This document shows, in pieces, positions 20,927 through 30,682 of a stretch of 64,000 nt of DNA (position 1 is the stretch's first letter; each line of letters opens with the position of its first letter). Made by a program: the position numbers and the translations under genes. Source of the DNA: Nitrososphaerota archaeon (GTDB lineage: Archaea; Thermoproteota; Nitrososphaeria_A; Caldarchaeales; Calditenuaceae); assembly GCA_041641295.1 (NCBI GenBank), contig JBEPYO010000001.1, positions 1 to 64,000 on the forward strand, given 5' to 3'. The notes under the pieces were generated by a model. It saw nothing but the letters and a program-made list of their open reading frames with translations, had not been told where the DNA came from and did no database searches.

Positions 20927-22423
20927 CTAGCCTTTGACGACGCCTATAGGAACTAGTCTCGCAACTTTTGAGCTGATGCCCACGTTATGTGCTACTTCGA
21001 CAACGTCGTCGGGATTCTTGTAGGCCTCCGGGACCTCTTCGACGATTGTGTCAATTGTGTCGCCCTTGACATATATTCCCCTACTCTCTAGGGCGCGGAC
21101 CACCTGATCGCCCCGATACTGCCTCTTCGCACCAGCCCTGCTCATCTGTCTCCCAGCACCGTGCACTGTGCTTCCGAAAGTTAAGTCAAGCGAGCCCGGC
21201 ATACCCCGTAGTACCCAGCTTGCAGTCCCCATACTCCCTGGAACAAAGACGGGCTGCCCCAGGCCTCTATAGGTTTCAGGAATCATTTCGGAGTAGTATG
21301 TCACGCCGCCTGGGAAGCTTCTCGTTGCTCCCTTCCTGTGGACGAAGACGTCTCTGGTTTCGCCGTCGATCTTGTGTCTCTCAAGCTTTACAATGTTGTG
21401 GCAGACATCGTATACTATTCTCAGATCCATCTCCTCGGCCGGTCTCTTGAAGACCTGCTCAAAGCTCTGTCTAACCCAGTGGCTTATCGCCTGCCTGTTG
21501 GCGAATGCGAAGTTGACTGCACATCCAAAGGCCTTGAGGTATTGGGAGGCCTCTGGGCTGCTGGCTGGGGTGCAGGCCAGCTCCCTGTCGGGGAGCCTGA
21601 TGTTATACTTGTGGACAGCCCTCTCCATGACCTTAAGGTAGTCGCTGCATATCTGGTGCCCGTAGCCACGGCTTCCACAGTGTATAAGGATTGTTATCTG
21701 GCCCTCGGTGAAGATCCCCATGGCCTTAGCAGCCTCTCTGTCAAAAATCTTGTCAACCTTCTGGATCTCGAGGAAGTGGTTTCCACTTCCAAGCGTGCCT
21801 ATCTGAGACTCTCCCCTGCTCTTGGCCTCTCGAGAGACGACAGAGGGATCTGGGTCGGGTATGTTTCCTGTACGATACCTCGGGTATTTTCCCTCCTCCT
21901 CGATGTGTTTATAGTCTTCGTGCCATCCGAGGCCGTATCTCTCAACTACATACCTCGCCCCCTCAACAGCGATTCTGTCTAGGTCTGAGTGGGTGACTAC
22001 GAAGTCCCTCCTCCGCGAACCCAGCCCAGCGGGGACGTTTGCGAAAATGGTGTTGATAAGCTCGACGATCTTCGGCCTGACATCCTTCTCCGTGAGGTTT
22101 GTCACCATGAGCCTGACGCCGCAGTTAATATCATAGCCAACTCCGCCCGGCGATATCACTCCCTCCACCGCATCCATGGCCGCTACACCGCCTATGGGGA
22201 ATCCATACCCCTCGTGGGCGTCGGGAAGCACAGCGACATGCTTTTGGACGCCTGGCAAGGTTGCTACGTTCACTCCTTGGAGAAGCGTCCGGTCGGTCTG
22301 CATCTTCTGGAGCAGCTTCTCTGAAGCGAAAACGTAAACAGGCACCCTCATGTCGCTCCTATATTCCCTAGGAATAAGCCAAATGTCCTCAGCCACCCTT
22401 TGGAGAGGTATGCGGGCACTCAT
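20927..22423 (-). CDS. rtcB: tRNA-splicing ligase RtcB
   Basis: PDAHEGYGFPIGG, DINCG, GNHFLE, HRKGAT, HGAGR; no intein. Confidence 0.97.
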   Translation of the reverse strand: MSARIPLQRVAEDIWLIPREYRSDMRVPVYVFASEKLLQKMQTDRTLLQGVNVATLPGVQKHVAVLPDAHEGYGFPIGGVAAMDAVEGVISPGGVGYDINCGVRLMVTNLTEKDVRPKIVELINTIFANVPAGLGSRRRDFVVTHSDLDRIAVEGARYVVERYGLGWHEDYKHIEEEGKYPRYRTGNIPDPDPSVVSREAKSRGESQIGTLGSGNHFLEIQKVDKIFDREAAKAMGIFTEGQITILIHCGSRGYGHQICSDYLKVMERAVHKYNIRLPDRELACTPASSPEASQYLKAFGCAVNFAFANRQAISHWVRQSFEQVFKRPAEEMDLRIVYDVCHNIVKLERHKIDGETRDVFVHRKGATRSFPGGVTYYSEMIPETYRGLGQPVFVPGSMGTASWVLRGMPGSLDLTFGSTVHGAGRQMSRAGAKRQYRGDQVVRALESRGIYVKGDTIDTIVEEVPEAYKNPDDVVEVAHNVGISSKVARLVPIGVVKG

Positions 22424-22551
22424 TTTAGAATCCTGAGTAAAAAGCTAGGTTGTTTTATTTAAGTTGGAATTCTTGACACGGCTGTCTCCGGCGATTCTAT
22501 ATAGTCTATATATAAGAAAATAGGATATATCTCACCCAATAGTCTATTTAC

Positions 22552-23256
22552 ATGATGGCCACGTCCCAGTCTGAACTAACAATATCCTTGGCAGGGGTTC
22601 TCGCAGGATTCTTACAAGAATTTGTTGGACTGGGCTGGAGCAGCATAGTACTTAGGACGCTACTCTTAACGGGTGAAAGTCCTGGGAAGGTACTCTCAAC
22701 TACCCTCCTCTCAGATATTCTTCTTAATTTGGGTGGAAAAATATACACCACGAATAAGACAGTGGAGAAAGGCTCCTCAAAAGATGCTTCATTATTCTCA
22801 GGACTGAAACTATCAACTACCCTGCTTGCTAGTATAGCGGCCATGGGCTATATAGAGACTCCATATGAGAAGCACTTGTTGGTCGCGCTGAACCTGATTC
22901 TCGCCTCTCTACTTGCCATACGCTGGAAGGTAGATGATAGGGATGTCTCGTCCGAATCACAGAAATCCTTTCCACATGCCTCGGACAGAAGTAGTTGGCG
23001 GCTGAACCTGTATCCTATTCTGAATCAGCACTCAAGACTTTTACACCTATCGACCCTCCTGCCCAAAGTACTCGTCCTCGGACTTTTTGTACCACTACAT
23101 GATGCTAACATGCTCTATGCTCTTTTCCTGACCGCACCTGCACTGCCAGCGCTCTACATTGCAAGGCGAATAAGAAGCAGGATTGGCGAATCGGTGATGG
23201 GCAGGCTGGAGGCAACGGTCTTTGCCCTTAAAGGTTTGACCACCTTCATAACATAG
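22552..23256 (+). CDS. Divergent TauE/SafE (TSUP)-like membrane protein
   Basis: GVLAGFLQEFVGLG resembles the TSUP first-repeat motif; the rest is poorly conserved. Confidence 0.4.
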   Translation: MMATSQSELTISLAGVLAGFLQEFVGLGWSSIVLRTLLLTGESPGKVLSTTLLSDILLNLGGKIYTTNKTVEKGSSKDASLFSGLKLSTTLLASIAAMGYIETPYEKHLLVALNLILASLLAIRWKVDDRDVSSESQKSFPHASDRSSWRLNLYPILNQHSRLLHLSTLLPKVLVLGLFVPLHDANMLYALFLTAPALPALYIARRIRSRIGESVMGRLEATVFALKGLTTFIT

Positions 23257-23332
23257 CTTTACACCCTGTATAATGGATGGGCTGGCCCACGCTTTATCAA
23301 GCATAAATATTGCCAAATGTCATCTTTTGGCT

Positions 23333-23497
23333 GTGGCGAAGATTCGGCCGCCGAAGAAGCGGAAGTTCGGTAAGGGTGTGGCAACCTGTAGGCGTTGTGG
23401 CACCAGCGTAGGCGTGATCAGGAAGTATAAACTCTACATCTGTAGGCGCTGCATAAACGAGGTCGGGCCACTACTGGGGTTCAAAGTCTATAACTAG
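23333..23497 (+). CDS. rps14: 30S ribosomal protein uS14 (Zn type)
   Basis: KFGKG..CRRCG..IRKYKL.ICRRC..GFK; GTG start gives 54 aa. Confidence 0.95.
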   Translation: MAKIRPPKKRKFGKGVATCRRCGTSVGVIRKYKLYICRRCINEVGPLLGFKVYN

Positions 23498-24410
23498 GTT
23501 GGGGCGGAGGCCTCAACCCTTCAAATAGGTAGGAAAGCTCTAGTTCTTCTACTCGTCCACCGGCCGCCCTCTCATAAACGTCTAGGAACATGTTTGACCG
23601 CGCAGTTAGCTCTGTGAGATAGGATAATATGTTCTGGCTTAGGTCCCCCTTGCTCAGCCAATTCTCAGCTATCTTGACGCTGACAAGGGAGGAGGCGGCT
23701 AGGTAGTCTCCTATCCAAGGAGGCTTTACAAGCCCACTTCTTACCCCTGCTAGGAGGAGGGGCATTACACCCAATTCCACTCCCTTCCTCAGTGGGAGCG
23801 AGGCTCTGCACAGGACCCTTGGACGCCCCACTTCTTCGCCTACTTGAACATGGGTCTCAAGCCTGCTGTGAGGTACTGTGAGGCGGATGGATTGCCCGGA
23901 AAGGTCTAGAACCGCATCACCCACCGTTGGCAGGGAGGTTCCGATAACAATTCCCCCACCAGTCACCTTCCCATATTCTGTATCAATCAACACCCTTGTT
24001 GTGCCTTTGAGTTTTTCACCCGTCCTAGTTGAGACTACATACTCAACCTCCTCTCCCTCTTTCCGCCATTTTACATATCTGCACCAATGCTCCACCAAAC
24101 CCTCACCGATCGAAAACAATCGTTCAGATACCTTCCTAGCATCCCCGACGCAGACCTTAATGGCTGGGAAAAATCTCCCCCAAAAACTCTCCGAGGTCTT
24201 AAGCAGGATTCTATGCTCTTCAGAAAACTCATCCACACCCAACTCCTTGACGTATCTAGCCCACTCAGTCGTAAAGGGGAGGTAGGCTATCCGCTCCGAG
24301 ACCCGCATCGACCTATGAGCCAGAAGCACATGAAACCCTTCCCTACTGAGCTCATACCAGATTAGGGCAGCGGAGAGGTCGGAGCCGTGGACTAGGATAT
24401 CTACCTCCAA
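23481..24410 (-). CDS. Hypothetical protein, degenerate FAD-dependent oxidoreductase (GGR-like) fold
   Basis: N-terminal DILVHGSDLSAAL..LSREG echoes a Rossmann GxGxxG start, with the glycines lost. Confidence 0.45.
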   Translation of the reverse strand: MEVDILVHGSDLSAALIWYELSREGFHVLLAHRSMRVSERIAYLPFTTEWARYVKELGVDEFSEEHRILLKTSESFWGRFFPAIKVCVGDARKVSERLFSIGEGLVEHWCRYVKWRKEGEEVEYVVSTRTGEKLKGTTRVLIDTEYGKVTGGGIVIGTSLPTVGDAVLDLSGQSIRLTVPHSRLETHVQVGEEVGRPRVLCRASLPLRKGVELGVMPLLLAGVRSGLVKPPWIGDYLAASSLVSVKIAENWLSKGDLSQNILSYLTELTARSNMFLDVYERAAGGRVEELELSYLFEGLRPPPQPSYRL

Positions 24411-24425
24411 GCGTCAGCCAGCCCG

Positions 24426-24797
24426 CTAATCCATAGAGGCGGTTTTTAATACTTCAGGCGGTATTTTGTCCCCCCACCTTTCAATGAACTCTTTTTCACG
24501 CTTCCTATCCCTGAAATTGTCTGGAAGCATTATCGGTATCTCGTCGATAATCGCATACCACCTCCCACACCTCTTACAAATGAGAAGCCCATCCATTATC
24601 TCGTAGGAATAACACTCCACACATTTAGTCTCCTTTAACTGCTCAATCATGCCGTCGTGATAAGAGCAGTAGAGCTCACACTTCATCGCCTCATTGACGC
24701 TATATCTTGACTCCCTTCTAAATACGATCAGTCTTAAGGGGAAGTTCCTACACATCGGGCAGGCCAGAATATCCATTAACCTATACTTCAACTGCAC
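24426..24797 (-). CDS. Trm112 family methyltransferase activator
   Basis: LMDILACPMC..L.L, CKRCGRWYAIIDEIPIMLPD. Confidence 0.9.
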   Translation of the reverse strand: MQLKYRLMDILACPMCRNFPLRLIVFRRESRYSVNEAMKCELYCSYHDGMIEQLKETKCVECYSYEIMDGLLICKRCGRWYAIIDEIPIMLPDNFRDRKREKEFIERWGDKIPPEVLKTASMD

Positions 24798-24835
24798 AAA
24801 TCTATAATTACACCCCTATAAGAATATTCTCGGAC

Positions 24836-25690
24836 TTGAGGTTGAAGATGCTTGGCCACGAGGCGCTGCCACCAATAATCCTCACAGCCATTCTCTGGCT
24901 CTTCATCCTTAACCTTTTCCGTAGCGGGGTAGAGATGGAGCCTGTAGCCCCTGTTGTAGTGGTTGAGGAGCCGGCTGAGGCTCCTGCAAGCTCCCCAGCC
25001 CCGTACCTTAACACCCTTACACTACTCTCCGTTATAGCAGTCGCCGGCTTCACCCTATTCCTCATATTCAAAAAGTTTCCGAGACTAATATCGCTGATCT
25101 CGATCAGCGCCTTCTGGATAGTATCCTTCCTCACACTTCTGGTACACTTGGGATATGTCGGGCAACTATCTATTATTATGCCGGAAGGAGCTATTTTGGC
25201 CATCTCCCTACTCTCCTCAACACTTCTAGCCTTTCTGGTCAGGAAGGCTTCAGGGCCAGCAGCCCTAGCCGCGGCTAGTGTCACTGCAGCGGCGGGTGGA
25301 ACAATCATAGGATACATGATACCGTTATTCACGTTCATAGCCTTGACGGCTTCGCTGGCTGTCTTCGACCTAGTGATGGTTAAGCGCGGCTACCTCTCCC
25401 TCCTAAGCCAAGAACAGTATCGCGACAGGATATACCAGCTCAGAGGCCTAGTGGTTGAGGTGGGAAACATTAATCTCGGCTTAGGAGACCTACTCTTCTA
25501 CACAATAACCGTCACTGCAGCCTTCTTCAGACTTGGACTCGCCTCAGCAATTGCGTCAAACATAGCCATCGTGGCCGGATACTACCTAACCCTCCAACTC
25601 CTAAAGAAGTGGGACACCGTTCCAGGACTGACAATACCTCTCGCACTCGCACTACTCTCTGCCTTCGCCGTCCACTACCTACAACTCTAA
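24836..25690 (+). CDS. Presenilin-like intramembrane aspartyl protease (A22)
   Basis: Multi-TM; VFD, LGLGD and PGL (PAL-like) motifs. Confidence 0.85.
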   Translation: MRLKMLGHEALPPIILTAILWLFILNLFRSGVEMEPVAPVVVVEEPAEAPASSPAPYLNTLTLLSVIAVAGFTLFLIFKKFPRLISLISISAFWIVSFLTLLVHLGYVGQLSIIMPEGAILAISLLSSTLLAFLVRKASGPAALAAASVTAAAGGTIIGYMIPLFTFIALTASLAVFDLVMVKRGYLSLLSQEQYRDRIYQLRGLVVEVGNINLGLGDLLFYTITVTAAFFRLGLASAIASNIAIVAGYYLTLQLLKKWDTVPGLTIPLALALLSAFAVHYLQL

Positions 25691-25764
25691 GGCTTGATTC
25701 AGACGCGCAAAATTTAGACCAACATACACATCTCGTATTTATTTCGATTTGGATAGGGGGACGC

Positions 25765-27054
25765 GTGGGCTCCAGTAGTAACTCTCGAAGGAGTTTCTTA
25801 AACTCCGCTGGCAGGGCGCTTGTAAGTGGGCTGATTCTCGGTGGCATAGCCGGCTCGCTCGGCACCTACGTATCAACGGGCGGTGGAAGGGTTACAACGG
25901 TTGAACGAGAGGTCACACTCACAAGGCAGGTTGAGAAGAAGATAAAGGCGGGCTTCGTATACATAGGCCCCGCGAAGGACTTCGGATGGTCATACTCCCA
26001 CGACCAGGGGCGAAGATGGGCTGACAGCCGCGTTCGTGGGGTTGAGAGCGTATACATCGAGGGGGTCGGAGACGCGGATGTAAAAGGAGCTATGAAAAGC
26101 CTCATAGAGGTTGAGGGCGTCGATCTGGTGATTGGAACTAGCTTCGGCTACATGGATCCCATGGCCGAGCTCGCTGCCGAATATCCTGAGAAATACTTCG
26201 TCCACATAAATGGCTTCAGGGCTGGAGCACTGGGTAACGCCCCTGAGAACATGTCTGTGGGAGACATCAACACCTACCAGATCTATTATCTCGAGGGCCT
26301 AGCTGCCGGAGCTGTTACAAAAACAGGAGCGGTCGGAGTCGTCGCCACATTCCCTGTCCCAGTAATTACTAGGCTTGTCAACTCCTTCATACTTGGGGCT
26401 CGATACGCCTACAAGAAGAGGACGGGCAAGGAGATTAAGGCGAGGGTTGTCTGGTTGAACACTTGGTTCGACCCAACAAAGGCCCGTGAGGCAGTCATCT
26501 CACTAATAGACACGATAGACGCAGACGTTATATCCTCCTCCGAGGACTCACCCACCGCCCTCCAAGTGGCTGAAGAATACACCACACAGAAGGGAAGGCA
26601 GACCTGGTGCTTCAGCCACTACACCGACATGACGAGATTCGGCCCCAATTCTCATTTGACTGGCCACATAGTCAACTGGGGCGTGCTATATCTCGAGTTT
26701 TACAAGATGGTACTAACAGGTACGTGGCAATCCGTCGATATATGGGCTAAGCTGGGCGACTTCACGCCCTCTAGATGGGCCAAACCTCCAGAGCAGAGCA
26801 CACTGGGCAAGCCGGAGGGTCCAGTCTACATGGCCCCGCTCAACCCCGCTGTCCCCGATGATATGCAGCTCCTCATCAAGAAGAGGTATGAGGAGATGAA
26901 GGAGGGACTCTTCGAGCCGATAAGCAGTGAGGGTAACATGGGTGAGCCCATTCATGACACAAAGGGTGTGGAGAGGGTAGGTGTGGGTGAGAGGGCAGAC
27001 CGGACCATGCTAATGAACATGGACTGGATAGTAGAGTATGCAGCAGAGACATGA
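25765..27054 (+). CDS. BMP family (purine nucleoside) ABC substrate-binding protein, Tat signal
   Basis: SRRSFL signal after GTG 25765; GFVYIGP..DFGWSYSHDQG, GTSFGY, WFDP. Confidence 0.88.
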   Translation: MGSSSNSRRSFLNSAGRALVSGLILGGIAGSLGTYVSTGGGRVTTVEREVTLTRQVEKKIKAGFVYIGPAKDFGWSYSHDQGRRWADSRVRGVESVYIEGVGDADVKGAMKSLIEVEGVDLVIGTSFGYMDPMAELAAEYPEKYFVHINGFRAGALGNAPENMSVGDINTYQIYYLEGLAAGAVTKTGAVGVVATFPVPVITRLVNSFILGARYAYKKRTGKEIKARVVWLNTWFDPTKAREAVISLIDTIDADVISSSEDSPTALQVAEEYTTQKGRQTWCFSHYTDMTRFGPNSHLTGHIVNWGVLYLEFYKMVLTGTWQSVDIWAKLGDFTPSRWAKPPEQSTLGKPEGPVYMAPLNPAVPDDMQLLIKKRYEEMKEGLFEPISSEGNMGEPIHDTKGVERVGVGERADRTMLMNMDWIVEYAAET

Positions 27055-28364
27055 AGGAAGAGGCTGACATCCTAATAAGAAAAATAACAGTACTCGACCC
27101 GGCAGGCTCAAAAGTCCTTCACGATGTAGACATAGCAATAAAGGATGGAAAAATAGCCCAGATAGGTGATAGGGTCAAGGCAGACGCGGCCGAGGAGATT
27201 GAGGGGGAGGGGAAGATAGCCATTCCGGGCCTCGTCGACGCCCATACACACGTCTTCCAGATATTTCTGAGGGGCGCCCTCTCCCTCAAGGAGCTCCAAG
27301 CTCACCCGATCTGGCTCCGAGTCCTAATCCCATTCGAGGCAGAGCTAACACGTGACGAGGCGAGGATAAGCGCTGAGCTCGCCTGTCTAAACATGATTAT
27401 GAAGGGTGTGACGGCTTTCGCCGACGCCGGCGGCCCATACCCTGAAATACTGGCACAGGTGGCTACGGAGGCGGGTCTACGCGGACTGGTGACACACTCC
27501 ACGATGGATGCTGGGCCCGAAAACTATAGGCGGACAGCCCATATGAATAGGGAGCTGGTCCGGAAATATAGGAAAGGGCGAGTAAGAGGGTGCTACTCCA
27601 TCAGACAAATCATGACCTCAACAGACAGCCAGATAGACGAGACCTTCAAGTATGCGAGAGAGGACGACGCCCCAGTCCACATGCACCTAAATGAAGAAGT
27701 CTCTGAGATTCAACACAGCCTCAGCAGGTGGGGGTTGAGGCCGGTTGAATACCTCCATTATAAGGGATACCTGAACAGCAAGGTTATAGCAGCCCACTGC
27801 GCATTCCTAACCAGCAGAGAAATACAGCAACTCTCACAGTCAGGGGCCACCGTTGTTCACTGCCCAGCAATCGCGATGCTCTACATGAACTTCCCAAGAA
27901 TCCCGGAGCTAATCTCAGCTGGAGCGAATGTAGCTATTGGAAGCGATGGCGGCAGCTACAGGCCCATAGACCTATTCCTAGAGATGAACATCATGGTTAG
28001 CGGGCTCACAGGATACTACGGCACACCATACCACGACTTCAACATCATAGCACCCCAGACGGCACTAAGAATCGCGACATATAACGGATCGAAAGTGTTC
28101 GGAGACCGGCTCGGCAGGATCGAGGAGGGCTACACCGCCGACATAGCAATAATAGACACCCGCAAACCACACCTCACACCCCTCCACGACCCATCACTCA
28201 TCCCCCTATACGCCACAGGCGAGGACATAACAGACCTGATAATAGACGGCAAAACAGTGATGAGGAATAGACAAGTCCTCACACTCGACCAAGAAAAAAT
28301 CCTACAAGAATCCCGCGAAGCCCAGCTACAAATCCTAGAAAAAATAAAAAGGATACCCAAGTAA
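27051..28364 (+). CDS. Amidohydrolase (MtaD/guanine-deaminase-like)
   Basis: PGLVDAHTH, HMHLNE, AAHC, GSDG. Confidence 0.88.
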   Translation: MKEEADILIRKITVLDPAGSKVLHDVDIAIKDGKIAQIGDRVKADAAEEIEGEGKIAIPGLVDAHTHVFQIFLRGALSLKELQAHPIWLRVLIPFEAELTRDEARISAELACLNMIMKGVTAFADAGGPYPEILAQVATEAGLRGLVTHSTMDAGPENYRRTAHMNRELVRKYRKGRVRGCYSIRQIMTSTDSQIDETFKYAREDDAPVHMHLNEEVSEIQHSLSRWGLRPVEYLHYKGYLNSKVIAAHCAFLTSREIQQLSQSGATVVHCPAIAMLYMNFPRIPELISAGANVAIGSDGGSYRPIDLFLEMNIMVSGLTGYYGTPYHDFNIIAPQTALRIATYNGSKVFGDRLGRIEEGYTADIAIIDTRKPHLTPLHDPSLIPLYATGEDITDLIIDGKTVMRNRQVLTLDQEKILQESREAQLQILEKIKRIPK

Positions 28365-28393
28365 TCGATAAGCCTCATCAAACCCAACCACCT

Positions 28394-28465
28394 AGCCCGG
28401 GAGGGGATTCGAACCCCTGTAAAGCGGCTCTGCAGGCCGCCGCCTAGCCGCTCGGCCACCCGGGC
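28394..28465 (-). tRNA. tRNA-Cys(GCA)
   Basis: GCCCGGG/CCCGGGC acceptor, GCGGC-CTGCAGA-GCCGC anticodon arm, U discriminator. Confidence 0.96.
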
Positions 28466-28570
28466 CCAAAAGAAACCAACCCGAAGCTAAGTTAAAGTCT
28501 TTACCCCCATCATTAGACAGTAAACACCGCAATAGTTTATTTCCTAGGCGCCCCCACACTACCACTTGGA

Positions 28571-28701
28571 GCGGGGGTGGCCGAGCCAGGTCAAAGGCGG
28601 CGGGCTTAAGATCTCGTGGAACGAGATAGGGAGACCCGCTCCCGTAGGCCAGAAATCAAATCGGGCGGAAGGGTTCGTGGGTTCGAATCCCACCCCCCGC
28701 A
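28571..28701 (+). tRNA. tRNA-Leu(TAA) with two introns (28611-28633 at 37/38; 28648-28670 in the variable arm)
   Basis: Removing both 23-nt inserts gives an 85-nt canonical archaeal tRNA-Leu with variable arm TCCCGTAGGGGTTC. Confidence 0.9.
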
Positions 28702-28770
28702 AATCTTAGATGGGATGGAAAAGGATACATTGAATAGATATGCGTCTACAGTTCAGACGCTGAGTAGATA

Positions 28771-29565
28771 CTATTTCGTCTTAGACATCCTGTAAAGCGC
28801 TCGGATAAGTTCCAAGACCTCTTCTAGCTCCTTATCCGATAGAGTGTCCAGCTGGTTTATCTTCTTCATCACTACTTCCTTAACTTCTTCGAAGACCGTG
28901 TATCTTTTGGTCTGTTCTGCTGTGAGAAGCGCTGAGCCTAGGCTCGATATGAAGACACCCAGTATTGAGATCCCCGCTACCATTAGGATTGACCCTACGA
29001 TTCTTCCGAACAAAGTGACCGGTACTATGTCCCCGTATCCTACTGTTGTTACAGTTGCTAGGGCCCACCAAAAGGCGTCTCCGAAATCCTTGATCCTTGA
29101 CTCTGGGACATCCACTTCTAGCATAAATGCAGATATGGTCCCCATAAAAACTACTGCACTCGAAACAACTAGTAGATAGATCAAACGGCTTTTTCTCACC
29201 ACGTCTGTAATGTGGGAAAGCGCTCGGCTGGTCCGTGCTATAGTTACGGCCAGTCTGAAAAACCTGAGAAGTCTCAAAGACCTAAAAACGGCTCCAATAA
29301 ACGTCTGGGTTTCTAGAAAGTAGAAGAGAGCAACCGGAAGTAGGGCAAGAACTTCATACCAGTGCTCTATCAGGTACCTTGCAAATCTCCCGGATGACTT
29401 GGACCTTGAAAGGAGGTCTGTGAGAAGGACCAAGACTATTACGCCGTCGGCGATCATAATGGCAAAAAGCTCTAGAAAACTTGGCACGGTGAAATACTCT
29501 ACTAAGATTAAACCAATAGAGATTATGGCTGCTACCCCAACGATTAGCTCTCTTTTTGATGTCAT
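28771..29565 (-). CDS. Voltage-gated-type potassium channel
   Basis: TTVGYGD filter, WWA pore helix, S4-like RSLRLLRFFR. Confidence 0.93.
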   Translation of the reverse strand: MTSKRELIVGVAAIISIGLILVEYFTVPSFLELFAIMIADGVIVLVLLTDLLSRSKSSGRFARYLIEHWYEVLALLPVALFYFLETQTFIGAVFRSLRLLRFFRLAVTIARTSRALSHITDVVRKSRLIYLLVVSSAVVFMGTISAFMLEVDVPESRIKDFGDAFWWALATVTTVGYGDIVPVTLFGRIVGSILMVAGISILGVFISSLGSALLTAEQTKRYTVFEEVKEVVMKKINQLDTLSDKELEEVLELIRALYRMSKTK

Positions 29566-29863
29566 GGTTTGTAGCGGACAATTTTTGGATATAAGTTTTC
29601 GCGGATATTCATTGTTATTTCAGTGCAGAAGTGGTAGCTGCAGGCTCCAATGCTGTGATAGCGCATGGGATTACTTCATTTTTTCTCCATGAAGCTGCTA
29701 GTTTTATATGAGAGTGTCTACGAATATTGCTTCACATATTATCAGCGCGCTAAGAGAGAATGATGAAAGTGTAGCGACGACACGCAACTTATTATAACTC
29801 AAGAATACGTTGTCGCCGCGTGCTTATATCCATGCGATAGTTGACCCTTGAGGCAGAACTGCT

Positions 29864-30649
29864 GTGCAAGTGTCTTCGGAGGGAGTGGATATTGTGTATG
29901 ATGACGTGGGAAGGGGAGAGCCGGCCCTACTCTTTATGCCGGGCTGGTGTAGTAACCGAACTGTTTTCCAAGACTTGATCCCACGTTGTAGTCTGAACCG
30001 TCGTACACTTGCGCTCGATTGGCGTGGACATGGGGAGTCGGGAAAGCCTAAGGGAGATTTTGGTGTCGAGGCGCTGGTTTCGGATGCTTTAGCTGTAATA
30101 AAAGCCAGCGGGTCGCAACAGGTCGTCCCAGTCGCTCTTGCCCACAGTGGCTGGGTTGCCATAGAGTTGAGGCGTAGATTGGGGAAGCGTATTCCAAAAC
30201 TTGTTCTTGTCGACTGGCTTGTTCTCGAAGCACCTCAGCCTTTCTTGGAAGCCCTGAAGGGGATGCAGGATCCAGCTAAGTGGCGGCAGACAGTGGAGCA
30301 GGTCTTCTCTCTTTGGTTGCAGGGGGTAGATAATCAGCGGCTTATCGGCTTTGTTCGACAAGAGATGGGGTCGTATGGTTTTGACATGTGGGCGAGAGCG
30401 GCGAGGGAGATAAGTGCAGCCTATACAGAGGCGGGAAGCCCTCTCCAAGCCCTTTCCCGTTTGGACCCACCCGTGCCAGTATTGCATCTCTACGCGCAGC
30501 CACCTGACCCTAACTATTTGGCCGCTCAACAAAAATTTGCGGCTTCGCATCCATGGTTCAGTGTACGTAAGTTAGAGGCGCGCAGCCACTTTCCCATGTT
30601 CGAGGTGCCTGACCAGATGGCATCCGCTATTGAGCAATTTGTCGGCTAG
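29864..30649 (+). CDS. Alpha/beta-hydrolase-fold protein of the HOD/QDO/AqdC cofactor-independent dioxygenase family
   Basis: PGWC, DWRGHG, AHSGW, VDW, GSPL, HLYAQP, HPWF, SHFP align with remembered HOD motifs. Confidence 0.8.
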   Translation: MQVSSEGVDIVYDDVGRGEPALLFMPGWCSNRTVFQDLIPRCSLNRRTLALDWRGHGESGKPKGDFGVEALVSDALAVIKASGSQQVVPVALAHSGWVAIELRRRLGKRIPKLVLVDWLVLEAPQPFLEALKGMQDPAKWRQTVEQVFSLWLQGVDNQRLIGFVRQEMGSYGFDMWARAAREISAAYTEAGSPLQALSRLDPPVPVLHLYAQPPDPNYLAAQQKFAASHPWFSVRKLEARSHFPMFEVPDQMASAIEQFVG

Positions 30650-30682
30650 TAGAAAAATGAAGAGGCTGATTTCCATCGAGCT

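Noticed and set aside
21338-21982. Long antisense ORFs (also 7750-8334, 41996-42541, 51075-51659, 51872-52465 and others)
   Set aside because: Shadows of well-supported genes on the opposite strand, with no motifs
20927-22423. Intein in RtcB
   Set aside because: Normal length with only short insertions
23273-23332. Upstream in-frame peptide MDGLAHALSSINIAK resembles the uS8 N-terminus
   Set aside because: Short, overlaps the probable TATA box, and is on the wrong side of rps14 for spc gene order; likely coincidence
29760-29820. ATGATGA and imperfect inverted repeat GCGACGAC/GTTGTCGC around a TATA box
   Set aside because: Single imperfect instance with no D box; too weak to call
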